Assembly: GCA_964457525.1 (NCBI GenBank)
Contig: CAYWGS010000067.1
Span: 1-7,676 of the forward strand
DNA length: 7,676 bases
Source of the DNA: an uncultured Erysipelotrichaceae bacterium
GTDB taxonomy: Bacteria > Bacillota_I > Bacilli_A > Erysipelotrichales > Erysipelotrichaceae
Direction of reading: 5' to 3'
The position numbers were made by a program, and so were the translations under genes. Under the pieces are notes generated by a model. That model was not told where the DNA came from. It saw only the letters and a list, made by a program, of their open reading frames with translations, and ran no database searches. This document shows, piece after piece, positions 1 through 6,260 of the stretch. Within the stretch, counting starts at the first letter, position 1; the number at the start of each line of letters is the position of its first letter.

Positions 1-55
1 ATCATTCGTATTTAGTGAATAATAACCTATGATAAATTAAAGTGAGGAACTAGAA

Positions 56-496
56 ATGAAGTTTATATCTCCGTTAAATGGTCAACTCGTCGCAATCAGC
101 GAAGTTAAAGACCCTGTATTTTCCCAAAAGATGATGGGAGATGGATTTGCAATTGTGCCAAGTTCCAATGAAGTTGTGTCACCTGTTGATGCGACAATTG
201 AAGTTTTATTCCCGACTGGACATGCGATTGGACTTAAAACCAACGATGGTGTAGAAATCTTAATTCACTTAGGAATCGATACCGTTAAGAGTAAATCCAA
301 TAGTTTTAAACTCTTGAAACAAGTTGGAGACAAGGTCTCTGCAGGTGATGCGATTATCCAAATGAACTTAAAACAATTGATTAATGAGGGCTATGATATG
401 ACAACACCGATCATCTTTCTTTCAGGACAAAAGTTAAAAGAAATGGATTCAAGATCTGTTCAACTTAAGGAACCGATTGAAGTTGAGTTTATCTAA
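56..496 (+). CDS. PTS EIIA component, glucose (EIIA-Glc/Crr) family, stand-alone
   Basis: 146 aa. GDGFAI motif and two His 15 residues apart (H56 in FPTGHAIG, H71 in ILIHLGIDTV), the same spacing as the His75/His90 pair of E. coli IIA-Glc. SD GAGG at 44-47, 8 nt before ATG 56. Stop TAA (494-496) overlaps the next ATG (496-498). Confidence 0.9.
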   Translation: MKFISPLNGQLVAISEVKDPVFSQKMMGDGFAIVPSSNEVVSPVDATIEVLFPTGHAIGLKTNDGVEILIHLGIDTVKSKSNSFKLLKQVGDKVSAGDAIIQMNLKQLINEGYDMTTPIIFLSGQKLKEMDSRSVQLKEPIEVEFI

Positions 497-1323
497 TGGA
501 AAAATCAACTGAAGCCTTTAGGATTATTAAGATTCTAAACAACAGTGCGCTTCTGGTAAATGATTCTAAACAATCCTTTATCCTACTGGGCAAAGGGATT
601 GCGTTCAATCGTAAAGCGGATGAAATACTTCCAATTGGATTTGTCTATGAACAACGATTTGGATTATTACGTTCATCTCGTACATTTGAACAGTTAATCA
701 ATGCACACAAACCAGAGATTATTGACTTAGTGTTCAAGACCGTCCAAGAATTTATGTTTGATGAGAATCAAATTACCGCAGAAGCCTTAGTCGCATTTTG
801 TGATCACATCGCTACCATGTATGATCGTGTGATTAAGCATGAATCGATTGAAAATCCGTTCTTAATGGAAACGAAAACACTTTATCCTGAAAGTTTTAAA
901 TCTGCATCAATGTTAATCGATCAAATGAATAAGAAGTACCAAGTTGAGATTCCTGAAGCTGAGATTGGTTTTATTGCTTTGCATCTTCAAAAGATATCCA
1001 CAAAGGATAAGGGCATAAATGTCAATGTCATGAATAACATTATCTTTACGGTTACGAATCTATTAACTGAAAAGTATCAGTATAACTTAGACAAAGAATC
1101 GGTTAAGTTTGCACAGTTTATTACCCATATTAAGTTCGTTGTTCTTCGTTTGGTTCGTAATGAATCACCGAATAATGAGATGACTGAAATTATCTTGAAT
1201 AAGTACAGTCAGTTTAAACCACTTGCATCTGAGATTGTTAAGATCATTGAGTCTGAAACGAATAGTGAATTGAATATCGATGAATTAGCGTATTTGATGA
1301 TGCATGTGAGTCGTTTAAATTAG
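496..1323 (+). CDS. BglG/LicT/SacY-family PRD-containing transcription antiterminator
   Basis: 275 aa. N-terminal CAT-like RNA-binding region (FRIIKILNNSALLVNDSKQSFILLGKGIAF). Two PRD-like halves follow, with four His at 104 (FCDHIATMYDR), 163 (IALHLQK), 211 (FITHIKFVVLR) and 270 (LMMHVSRL). These positions parallel LicT H100/H159/H207/H269. A RAT-like/terminator leader lies immediately downstream. Confidence 0.9.
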   Translation: MEKSTEAFRIIKILNNSALLVNDSKQSFILLGKGIAFNRKADEILPIGFVYEQRFGLLRSSRTFEQLINAHKPEIIDLVFKTVQEFMFDENQITAEALVAFCDHIATMYDRVIKHESIENPFLMETKTLYPESFKSASMLIDQMNKKYQVEIPEAEIGFIALHLQKISTKDKGINVNVMNNIIFTVTNLLTEKYQYNLDKESVKFAQFITHIKFVVLRLVRNESPNNEMTEIILNKYSQFKPLASEIVKIIESETNSELNIDELAYLMMHVSRLN

Positions 1324-1326
1324 GTG

Positions 1327-1354
1327 TTGACAAGTTATGCGCTTTCTTTATAAT
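1327..1354 (+). promoter_or_regulatory. sigma-A-type promoter for the murP-mupG-murQ unit
   Basis: TTGACA (1327-1332), 16-nt spacer, TATAAT (1349-1354). It sits right after the antiterminator stop codon and just upstream of the RAT-like element. Confidence 0.6.
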
Positions 1355-1357
1355 GAA

Positions 1358-1388
1358 GGTATAGGCGTGCAATTCACAAGCAAGAGCC
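1358..1388 (+). promoter_or_regulatory. RAT-like (ribonucleic antiterminator) element, divergent from the B. subtilis consensus
   Basis: ggtataggcgtgcaattcacaagcaagagcc. Outer GG(1358-1359)/CC(1387-1388) pairing. Inner stem g1365-c1381, c1366-g1380, AA bulge, g1367-c1377, t1368-a1376, g1369-c1375, with loop CAATT. The 3' part GCAAGAGCC resembles the GGCAAGACC / GGCAAAACC ends of known RATs. The 3' end (1385-1388) overlaps the 5' arm of the terminator, which is the classic mutually exclusive arrangement. Confidence 0.5.
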
Positions 1389-1416
1389 GGAAACTTTTTA
1401 GTTTTCGGCTTTTTTT
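1385..1416 (+). terminator. leader intrinsic terminator (antitermination target)
   Basis: 11-bp stem agccggaaact (1385-1395) / agttttcggct (1400-1410) with one G-U pair (g1390-t1405). Loop tttt, then a T6 tract at 1411-1416. It lies 22 nt upstream of the murP-like ATG. Confidence 0.8.
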
Positions 1417-1438
1417 ACGCCAGGAAAGGGACATATTT

Positions 1439-2857
1439 ATGGATGTAAGAGAAGTCGCAAAGACATTAATCGATCTCGTTGGATCAAAATCAAATGTCAA
1501 AGCTAACGCTACATGTATGACACGTTTACGTATTAGTGTCGTCGATCAAACTAAAGTCGATATTGAGTCGATTAAGAAAGTTGATGGAGTATTAGGAGTT
1601 GTTGAGGGAGAAACGGTACAAGTTATTCTTGGACCTGGTAAAGTTAGCAAAGTGGGGGAAGAGTTTGCTAAGTTAACTGGATTGAATTTGGGTTCAGACG
1701 AAATGGGTGCTGAAGAATTAGCTAAAGAAAATAAAGCTAAATTAAAAGCTAAGCAACAAACACCTGTTCATGAATTCTTACAAAAAATTGCTAAAATCTT
1801 TATTCCGTTAATTCCAGGTATTATCGCTGCTGGTTTAATTAATGGTTTAACAAACGTTATTAACGTATCTACTGGTGGCGCATATAATGCATTCTGGTGG
1901 TATCAATTAATTCGTACATTAGGTTTCGCAGTATTCACTTTCTTACCGATCTACGTTGGTATGAATGCTTCTAAAGAATTTGGTGGTACTCCAGTACTTG
2001 GGGCTATCGCTGGTGCATTATCCGTTTCTCATGCTGGTATGCCTTTATTGATGAAGATTGCGGATGCGCCTATCTTAATGCCTATCACTAACGCAGCATA
2101 TAACCCTGCAAGTGGTGGTTTATTAGCCGCTCTATTCGCTGGTATGTTCTTCGCGATTGTTGAAAAACAAATTAAGAAGTTTATGCCGGATCTACTTACA
2201 ACATTCTTCACACCTTTACTAACTGTATTGGTTGGTGGATTCGTTGCAGTACTTGTTATTCAACCATTTGGTTCAATCTTAACGACTGGTATCTTCAATG
2301 CATTAGACTTTGCATATAATCAATTAGGTATCTTTGGTGCTTATATTCTATCGGCTGGTTTCTTACCACTTGTATCCATCGGTTTACACCAAGCGTTAAC
2401 TCCAATTCACGTCTTGTTAAATAATCCAGAAGGTCCTACAATGGGTGTTAACTACTTACTACCTATTCTTATGATGGCTGGTGGTGGACAAGTAGGTGCT
2501 GGTTTCGCAATCTACTTGAAGACTAAGAATGCTAAGTTAAAACAATTAACACGTGACTCCTTACCAATCGGTATCTTAGGTATTGGGGAACCAATGATGT
2601 ACGCTGTTACCTTACCACTCGGTCGTCCATTCATCACTGCATGTTTAGGTTCTGGTGTAGGTGGTATCTTAGCTTCCCTATTCCATCTTGGAACTGTCAC
2701 TCAAGGTGTTAGTGGTTTATTCGGTCTATTGATCGTTGTTCCTGGCACACAATTGTATTTCTTAATTGCGATGTTAGGTGCTTATGTAGGCGGATTCGTC
2801 ATTACTTACTTCTTCGGTTATGATGATGCTCGCGTTGCAGAAGTTTACGGAGAATAA
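1439..2857 (+). CDS. murP: PTS EIIBC component, MurNAc (or MurNAc-GlcNAc)-specific MurP-like
   Basis: 472 aa from ATG 1439, with SD AGGAAAGGG at 1422-1430. N-terminal EIIB with the phospho-Cys motif NATCMTRLR (Cys26). The linker/first TM ENKAKLKAKQQTPVHEFLQKIAKIFIPLIPGIIAAGL closely resembles my memory of E. coli MurP (QNKRQLKAKQ...[21 protein letters not shown]). EIIC motifs PILMMAGGGQVGA and GIGEPMMYAVTLP are present. Synteny with mupG-like and murQ genes supports the call. The ORF-track start at 1337 is rejected (see noticed_but_rejected). Confidence 0.8.
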   Translation: MDVREVAKTLIDLVGSKSNVKANATCMTRLRISVVDQTKVDIESIKKVDGVLGVVEGETVQVILGPGKVSKVGEEFAKLTGLNLGSDEMGAEELAKENKAKLKAKQQTPVHEFLQKIAKIFIPLIPGIIAAGLINGLTNVINVSTGGAYNAFWWYQLIRTLGFAVFTFLPIYVGMNASKEFGGTPVLGAIAGALSVSHAGMPLLMKIADAPILMPITNAAYNPASGGLLAALFAGMFFAIVEKQIKKFMPDLLTTFFTPLLTVLVGGFVAVLVIQPFGSILTTGIFNALDFAYNQLGIFGAYILSAGFLPLVSIGLHQALTPIHVLLNNPEGPTMGVNYLLPILMMAGGGQVGAGFAIYLKTKNAKLKQLTRDSLPIGILGIGEPMMYAVTLPLGRPFITACLGSGVGGILASLFHLGTVTQGVSGLFGLLIVVPGTQLYFLIAMLGAYVGGFVITYFFGYDDARVAEVYGE

Positions 2858-2865
2858 TTCGATTT

Positions 2866-2894
2866 AGGGTGGATTCTTTCCACCCTTCTTTTTT
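2866..2894 (+). terminator. intra-operon hairpin plus T-tract (putative partial terminator or RNA-stability element)
   Basis: 8-bp stem agggtgga (2866-2873) / tccaccct (2879-2886), 5-nt loop ttctt, then tcttttttt (2887-2894). It directly abuts the SD AAAGGAGG (2895-2902) of the next gene. Confidence 0.55.
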
Positions 2895-2906
2895 AAAGGA
2901 GGATGT

Positions 2907-3974
2907 ATGCGATTAGGATTTTCACTTTATTTTAGTACAGGCGTTCAGAAGAATTGTGAGTTGATTGAACGATTCGCAAATGCAGGGTTTACGATTGCGT
3001 TTACCTCTTTGCATATTCCAGAGGAGAGTAATACCAATTACAAGGAAGAGATTCATTTAATCTTTGAAGCGTGTAAGAAACATAATATCGAACTCATGGC
3101 AGATGTTGGTCCACGTACCATTGAGAAATTAGGTCTAAGTTCTTTAGATCAATTAGTGGATACACCATTTCGTCATCTTAGAATGGACTATGGTTTCTCG
3201 TATGAAGAAATGGTTCGTTTATCCAAGAATTTCCATATTATCTTAAATGCTTCTACGATTTCATTTGATGATATCTTTGAACTTAAGAAGTTAAATGCTG
3301 ATTTAACAAAGTTCTCTGCTTGTCATAATTTCTATCCTAAACCATATAGTGCTATTTCTCTTGAAAGAGCCTATAAGATGAATCGTTTCTTAAAAGATAA
3401 TGGAATGCGAGTTCAAATGTTTGTGCCTGGGGATCGTGAAAAACGTGGTCCTCTTCATGAAGGTTTACCAACCATTGAAACGCATCGTTATCAAGATGTT
3501 TTATTATCGGCTTTAGAACTTAAATACTTCTGTGATACCGATGATGTCTTAGTCGGGGATGTGGATGTGAGTGATCCTACTTTGCATCAATTATCCTTAT
3601 TGAGTCAAAATACTGTAGAACTCTATGCCCATTTAGATGAACACTATCACTCATTCTTTGGACAAGTTCATCATGATCGTCCGGATAGTAGTGATTATGT
3701 CATACGTTCTCAAGAATCTCGTTTATATGCGACTCCAGGTCAAATTATTGAACCGAATAATCAAAAAGAGATTTATGCTGGTGATATCTTATTATCAAAT
3801 AAGTATTATCTACGATATTCTGGTGAGTTAGAGATTGCTCGTTGTGATCTTCCGAAGAATGAGAAGATTAATACGATTGGTCGTGTTTGTGATGAATCCA
3901 TTCCGTATCTTAAGTTCATTGATCGAGGGATGGGATTTATATTAAAGGAGAACCATAATGGAAGAAAAAATTAG
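2907..3974 (+). CDS. mupG: DUF871-family protein, MupG-like 6-phospho-N-acetylmuramidase
   Basis: 355 aa. The N-terminus [10 protein letters not shown]... and the size match my memory of DUF871/MupG proteins (M-LGISxY start, about 350 aa). It sits between murP-like and murQ genes, as in the S. aureus mupG-murQ-murP cluster. Strong SD AAAGGAGG. The 3' end overlaps murQ by 17 nt. Confidence 0.7.
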   Translation: MRLGFSLYFSTGVQKNCELIERFANAGFTIAFTSLHIPEESNTNYKEEIHLIFEACKKHNIELMADVGPRTIEKLGLSSLDQLVDTPFRHLRMDYGFSYEEMVRLSKNFHIILNASTISFDDIFELKKLNADLTKFSACHNFYPKPYSAISLERAYKMNRFLKDNGMRVQMFVPGDREKRGPLHEGLPTIETHRYQDVLLSALELKYFCDTDDVLVGDVDVSDPTLHQLSLLSQNTVELYAHLDEHYHSFFGQVHHDRPDSSDYVIRSQESRLYATPGQIIEPNNQKEIYAGDILLSNKYYLRYSGELEIARCDLPKNEKINTIGRVCDESIPYLKFIDRGMGFILKENHNGRKN

Positions 3975-4851
3975 TCATTTAACTACTGAAACACGTAATC
4001 CTAAGTCCAGTGAGTTAGATACCTTATCCAGTTTAGAAATCATTCAAATCATGAATGAAGAGGATCATAAAGTTGCCCAAGCTATCCAGAAACAACTTCC
4101 TCAGATTTCTAAAGCCGTTGATCTTATTGTTAAGCAATTAAATCAAGGGGGTCGTGTCATCTATTTCGGTGCAGGTACCAGTGGTCGACTAGGTGTACTT
4201 GATGCATCTGAATGTCCTCCTACCTTCTCAAGTACCGATGAATTTATTGGTATTATTGCAGGTGGAGATAAAGCACTTCGTGTTCCAATTGAAGGGGCTG
4301 AAGATTCTCTTACCTTGTGTGAAGAGGATTTAAAGAAATTAAATTTAACCAGTAAGGATGTGGCGATTGGATTAGCTGCGAGTGGTCGTACACCTTATTG
4401 TATCGGTGGATTAGAATACGCGAAGTCATTAGGTTGTCATACGGTATCGGTCACATGTAATCCAAATTCTAAGATGTCTCAGATTGCGGAGATTGGAATC
4501 GATATTGAAGTAGGCCCTGAAGTGTTAACCGGTTCGACTCGTTTGAAATCAGGTTCTGCTCAGAAGATGGTCTTGAATATGTTATCAACGGCTTCCATGG
4601 TTCGTTATGGTAAGGTCTATGGAAACCTTATGGTTGATGTGAGTCCTACCAATGCGAAGTTGGTTAAGCGTGCGATTAAGATTGTAATGGATGCGACAGG
4701 TTGTGATGAAGAGTTTGCGGAAAAGAAACTTCATGAAGCGAATCTCAAACCTAAATGTGCGATTGTTATGATCATGAAGAATTGTTCATACGATGAAGCA
4801 CTTGTAAGATTAAAAGAAGCGAATAACTTCGTACGTGTTGCGATAAAGTAA
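3958..4851 (+). CDS. murQ: N-acetylmuramic acid 6-phosphate etherase (SIS domain)
   Basis: 297 aa. Hallmark MurQ blocks are [30 protein letters not shown] and [30 protein letters not shown] at 3944-3950, 7 nt before the ATG. Confidence 0.92.
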   Translation: MEEKISHLTTETRNPKSSELDTLSSLEIIQIMNEEDHKVAQAIQKQLPQISKAVDLIVKQLNQGGRVIYFGAGTSGRLGVLDASECPPTFSSTDEFIGIIAGGDKALRVPIEGAEDSLTLCEEDLKKLNLTSKDVAIGLAASGRTPYCIGGLEYAKSLGCHTVSVTCNPNSKMSQIAEIGIDIEVGPEVLTGSTRLKSGSAQKMVLNMLSTASMVRYGKVYGNLMVDVSPTNAKLVKRAIKIVMDATGCDEEFAEKKLHEANLKPKCAIVMIMKNCSYDEALVRLKEANNFVRVAIK

Positions 4852-4872
4852 AAAGGGGTTGTCCCCTTTTTT
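4850..4872. terminator. bidirectional intrinsic terminator shared by convergent murQ and the 431-aa gene
   Basis: aaaagggg (4851-4858) / ccccttt t (4863-4870), loop ttgt. T-run on the plus strand (4867-4872) and A-run on the plus strand, which reads as a T-run on the minus strand (4850-4854). It overlaps the murQ stop codon (4849-4851) and the minus-strand stop codon (4872-4874). Confidence 0.8.
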
Positions 4873-6167
4873 CATGCATTATCTCCAACTTCTTCATCAC
4901 TTAATTCAAATAATTTTGTTAACCAGTCGTATGCTAAATTATAATCAATGAATGAATATTCTATTCTATCTACACTTTTATTCTTAAGTCCATCTAGATT
5001 ATTTACATAGGCTTTGTGGATAAACTGACAGGCTCTAGAAAAGCCTTGATGGAATACTTCATAGTAATAGTTTGGACTCATCTTTTTAAAGGATTCACAT
5101 CTTGATCCGAGTTGTTGGGTCAAGTAGTCAAGATCTCGCAGTTCTGACACACTTGGCTCAATCCCTTCATCTCCAAATTGAAGATTGGCTTCATTAAAAT
5201 TTTGGTACAGATTATCTGTAATAACTAAGAATTCTTTATTCCATTCTTCATAAGCTTGAGGATAACGTGTCGTTGATTCAGGATCTTTTCCTAACTCCTC
5301 ATGTACAGTTGTGAAATCGAAGTTTCGTTCTTGTGATGTTTTAAAGAGTACGGTCATATCATTCTCTTTATCGTAATACACACCATCTTTTTCTAGATCG
5401 ACCACATCTATCAGAAATAGATTATATAAACGTGTTTGTGCAAACACTTCATCCACATCGATGAAATCGATATTAAGTTCTTTGGTATACGCATAGGTAT
5501 CGTAGTCTCTTGTCATATTATCCACAATGCTTCGAGTAACATAGCCAACTAGAAATCGATCTCTTTTTACATAAACCTCGATATTTATGATGAATTGTTG
5601 ATCGATTGGATTAATATCAATATTTCCTAAGCTTAGTTCAAATTCTTTAAGATGTTTTGTAAGTCTGTCTTGCATCTCTTCACTGGTAATCGTCTCAAGT
5701 GTTTCATAACCTTGTTCGATTTCAAAGTTATAGGCATCTGGCTTTATTCGATGTTCATTCAGTAGATTACTTAAAAACGTTCTACCAAAGAAAAATAGGA
5801 ATACGACTAAAATTCCAATGAGTTGCTCAATTGTATCTAGCTTTTTGTTTTTAATAATTCTTCGATCATAGACTTTATATAATTCTATGAGTACATAAAA
5901 CATGACCGGCAGTCCTAATACACCGATTGCTAGGTATAAATTGTTGTTCGTCATTGAACCATATGTAATTAAACCAATGGATACTAAAAGTATGATTGAA
6001 TAAATCATTATTTTCTTAGTTTTTTTAGGATTAACTTGCGTTGTATCCTCTAGTTTATTCTCTAATTCAATTATGATTGGTTCTTCTTGTTTTTCCCCAC
6101 AAAATAAACAATACTTCTCATCTTCTTGTAATATCTCATTACAATGTTTACATCTTTTCTCGCTCAT
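4872..6167 (-). CDS. uncharacterised membrane protein: N-terminal C4 zinc ribbon, 3 predicted TM helices, 286-aa acidic extracytoplasmic domain (paralog B)
   Basis: 431 aa. KRCKHC-x10-CLFCG (Cys6/9/20/23). Hydrophobic helices at aa ~53-70, 77-97 and 113-135, with basic patches KKTKK and DRRIIKNKK on the predicted cytoplasmic side. Residues 146-431 are homologous to the neighbouring ORF. SD GAGGTGG is 3 nt from the ATG. A long ORF with no competing frame. Confidence 0.85.
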   Translation of the reverse strand: MSEKRCKHCNEILQEDEKYCLFCGEKQEEPIIIELENKLEDTTQVNPKKTKKIMIYSIILLVSIGLITYGSMTNNNLYLAIGVLGLPVMFYVLIELYKVYDRRIIKNKKLDTIEQLIGILVVFLFFFGRTFLSNLLNEHRIKPDAYNFEIEQGYETLETITSEEMQDRLTKHLKEFELSLGNIDINPIDQQFIINIEVYVKRDRFLVGYVTRSIVDNMTRDYDTYAYTKELNIDFIDVDEVFAQTRLYNLFLIDVVDLEKDGVYYDKENDMTVLFKTSQERNFDFTTVHEELGKDPESTTRYPQAYEEWNKEFLVITDNLYQNFNEANLQFGDEGIEPSVSELRDLDYLTQQLGSRCESFKKMSPNYYYEVFHQGFSRACQFIHKAYVNNLDGLKNKSVDRIEYSFIDYNLAYDWLTKLFELSDEEVGDNA

Positions 6168-6172
6168 GTCCC

Positions 6173-6198
6173 ACCTCAGTCTTGTCTATTATATCAAA
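6173..6198 (-). promoter_or_regulatory. conserved 26-nt core promoter/leader (extended -10 TGATATAAT plus SD GAGGT), copy 1
   Basis: The minus strand reads TTTGATATAATAGACAAGACTGAGGT. It is identical to 7386-7411. TATAAT = complement of 6188-6193, TG = complement of 6195-6196, SD = complement of 6173-6177. No convincing -35 hexamer. Confidence 0.5.
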
Positions 6199-6235
6199 GG
6201 TGTTTTAACACTTATACAATAATTTGTACACATAG

Positions 6236-6258
6236 AAAAAAAGGATAATTATCCTTTT
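6236..6258 (-). terminator. weak AT-rich hairpin plus T-run after the 372-aa gene
   Basis: The minus strand after stop TAA (6261-6263) reads AAAAGGAT-AATT-ATCCTTTT, followed by further T residues. Only two G-C pairs, so this is at best a leaky terminator. Confidence 0.3.
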
Positions 6259-6260
6259 AA

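Noticed and set aside
30-38. Extended -10-like TGATAAATT upstream of the EIIA gene.
   Set aside because: A start site about 7 nt downstream would fall on or after the SD (44-47), leaving no usable leader. The real promoter is more likely upstream of the window.
1333-1348. cre-like (CcpA) half-site: ATGCGCTTTC between the -35 and -10 boxes resembles the right half of TGAAAGCGCTTTCA.
   Set aside because: The left half (GTTAT) does not fit. The TG-N4-CG spacing of the cre consensus WTGNAANCGNWNNCW is not met in any register I tried.
1337-1438. ORF-track start at ATG 1337, giving a 506-aa EIIBC with a 34-aa N-terminal extension (MRFLYNEGIGVQFTSKSRKLFSFRLFLRQERDIF).
   Set aside because: The ATG lies between the -35 and -10 boxes of the predicted promoter. 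The extension is simply the in-frame translation of the RAT-like element, the terminator stem and the T-tract. The EIIB domain starts naturally at M(1439)DVREVAK..., with Cys26 in CMTRLR and an SD (AGGAAAGGG) 8 nt upstream.
2029-2700. Two minus-strand ORFs (2029-2211, 60 aa; 2512-2700, 62 aa) antisense to the EIIBC gene.
   Set aside because: Both lie fully inside a well-supported membrane-protein CDS on the opposite strand. I saw no SD or promoter signals, and their composition is typical of antisense translation of a hydrophobic gene.
3637-3831. 64-aa plus-strand ORF inside the mupG-like gene.
   Set aside because: It is in a different frame (3637 mod 3 differs from 2907 mod 3) within a convincing CDS. 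Its sequence is low-complexity and I/L/V/Y-rich, typical of off-frame AT-rich translation.
4851-4872. A functional link between the peptidoglycan-sugar recycling operon and the surface-exposed paralogs, for example muropeptide sensing.
   Set aside because: The two blocks are convergent, separated by a strong bidirectional terminator, and have separate promoters. Adjacency alone is not evidence. This is kept only as something a neighbourhood-conservation survey could test.
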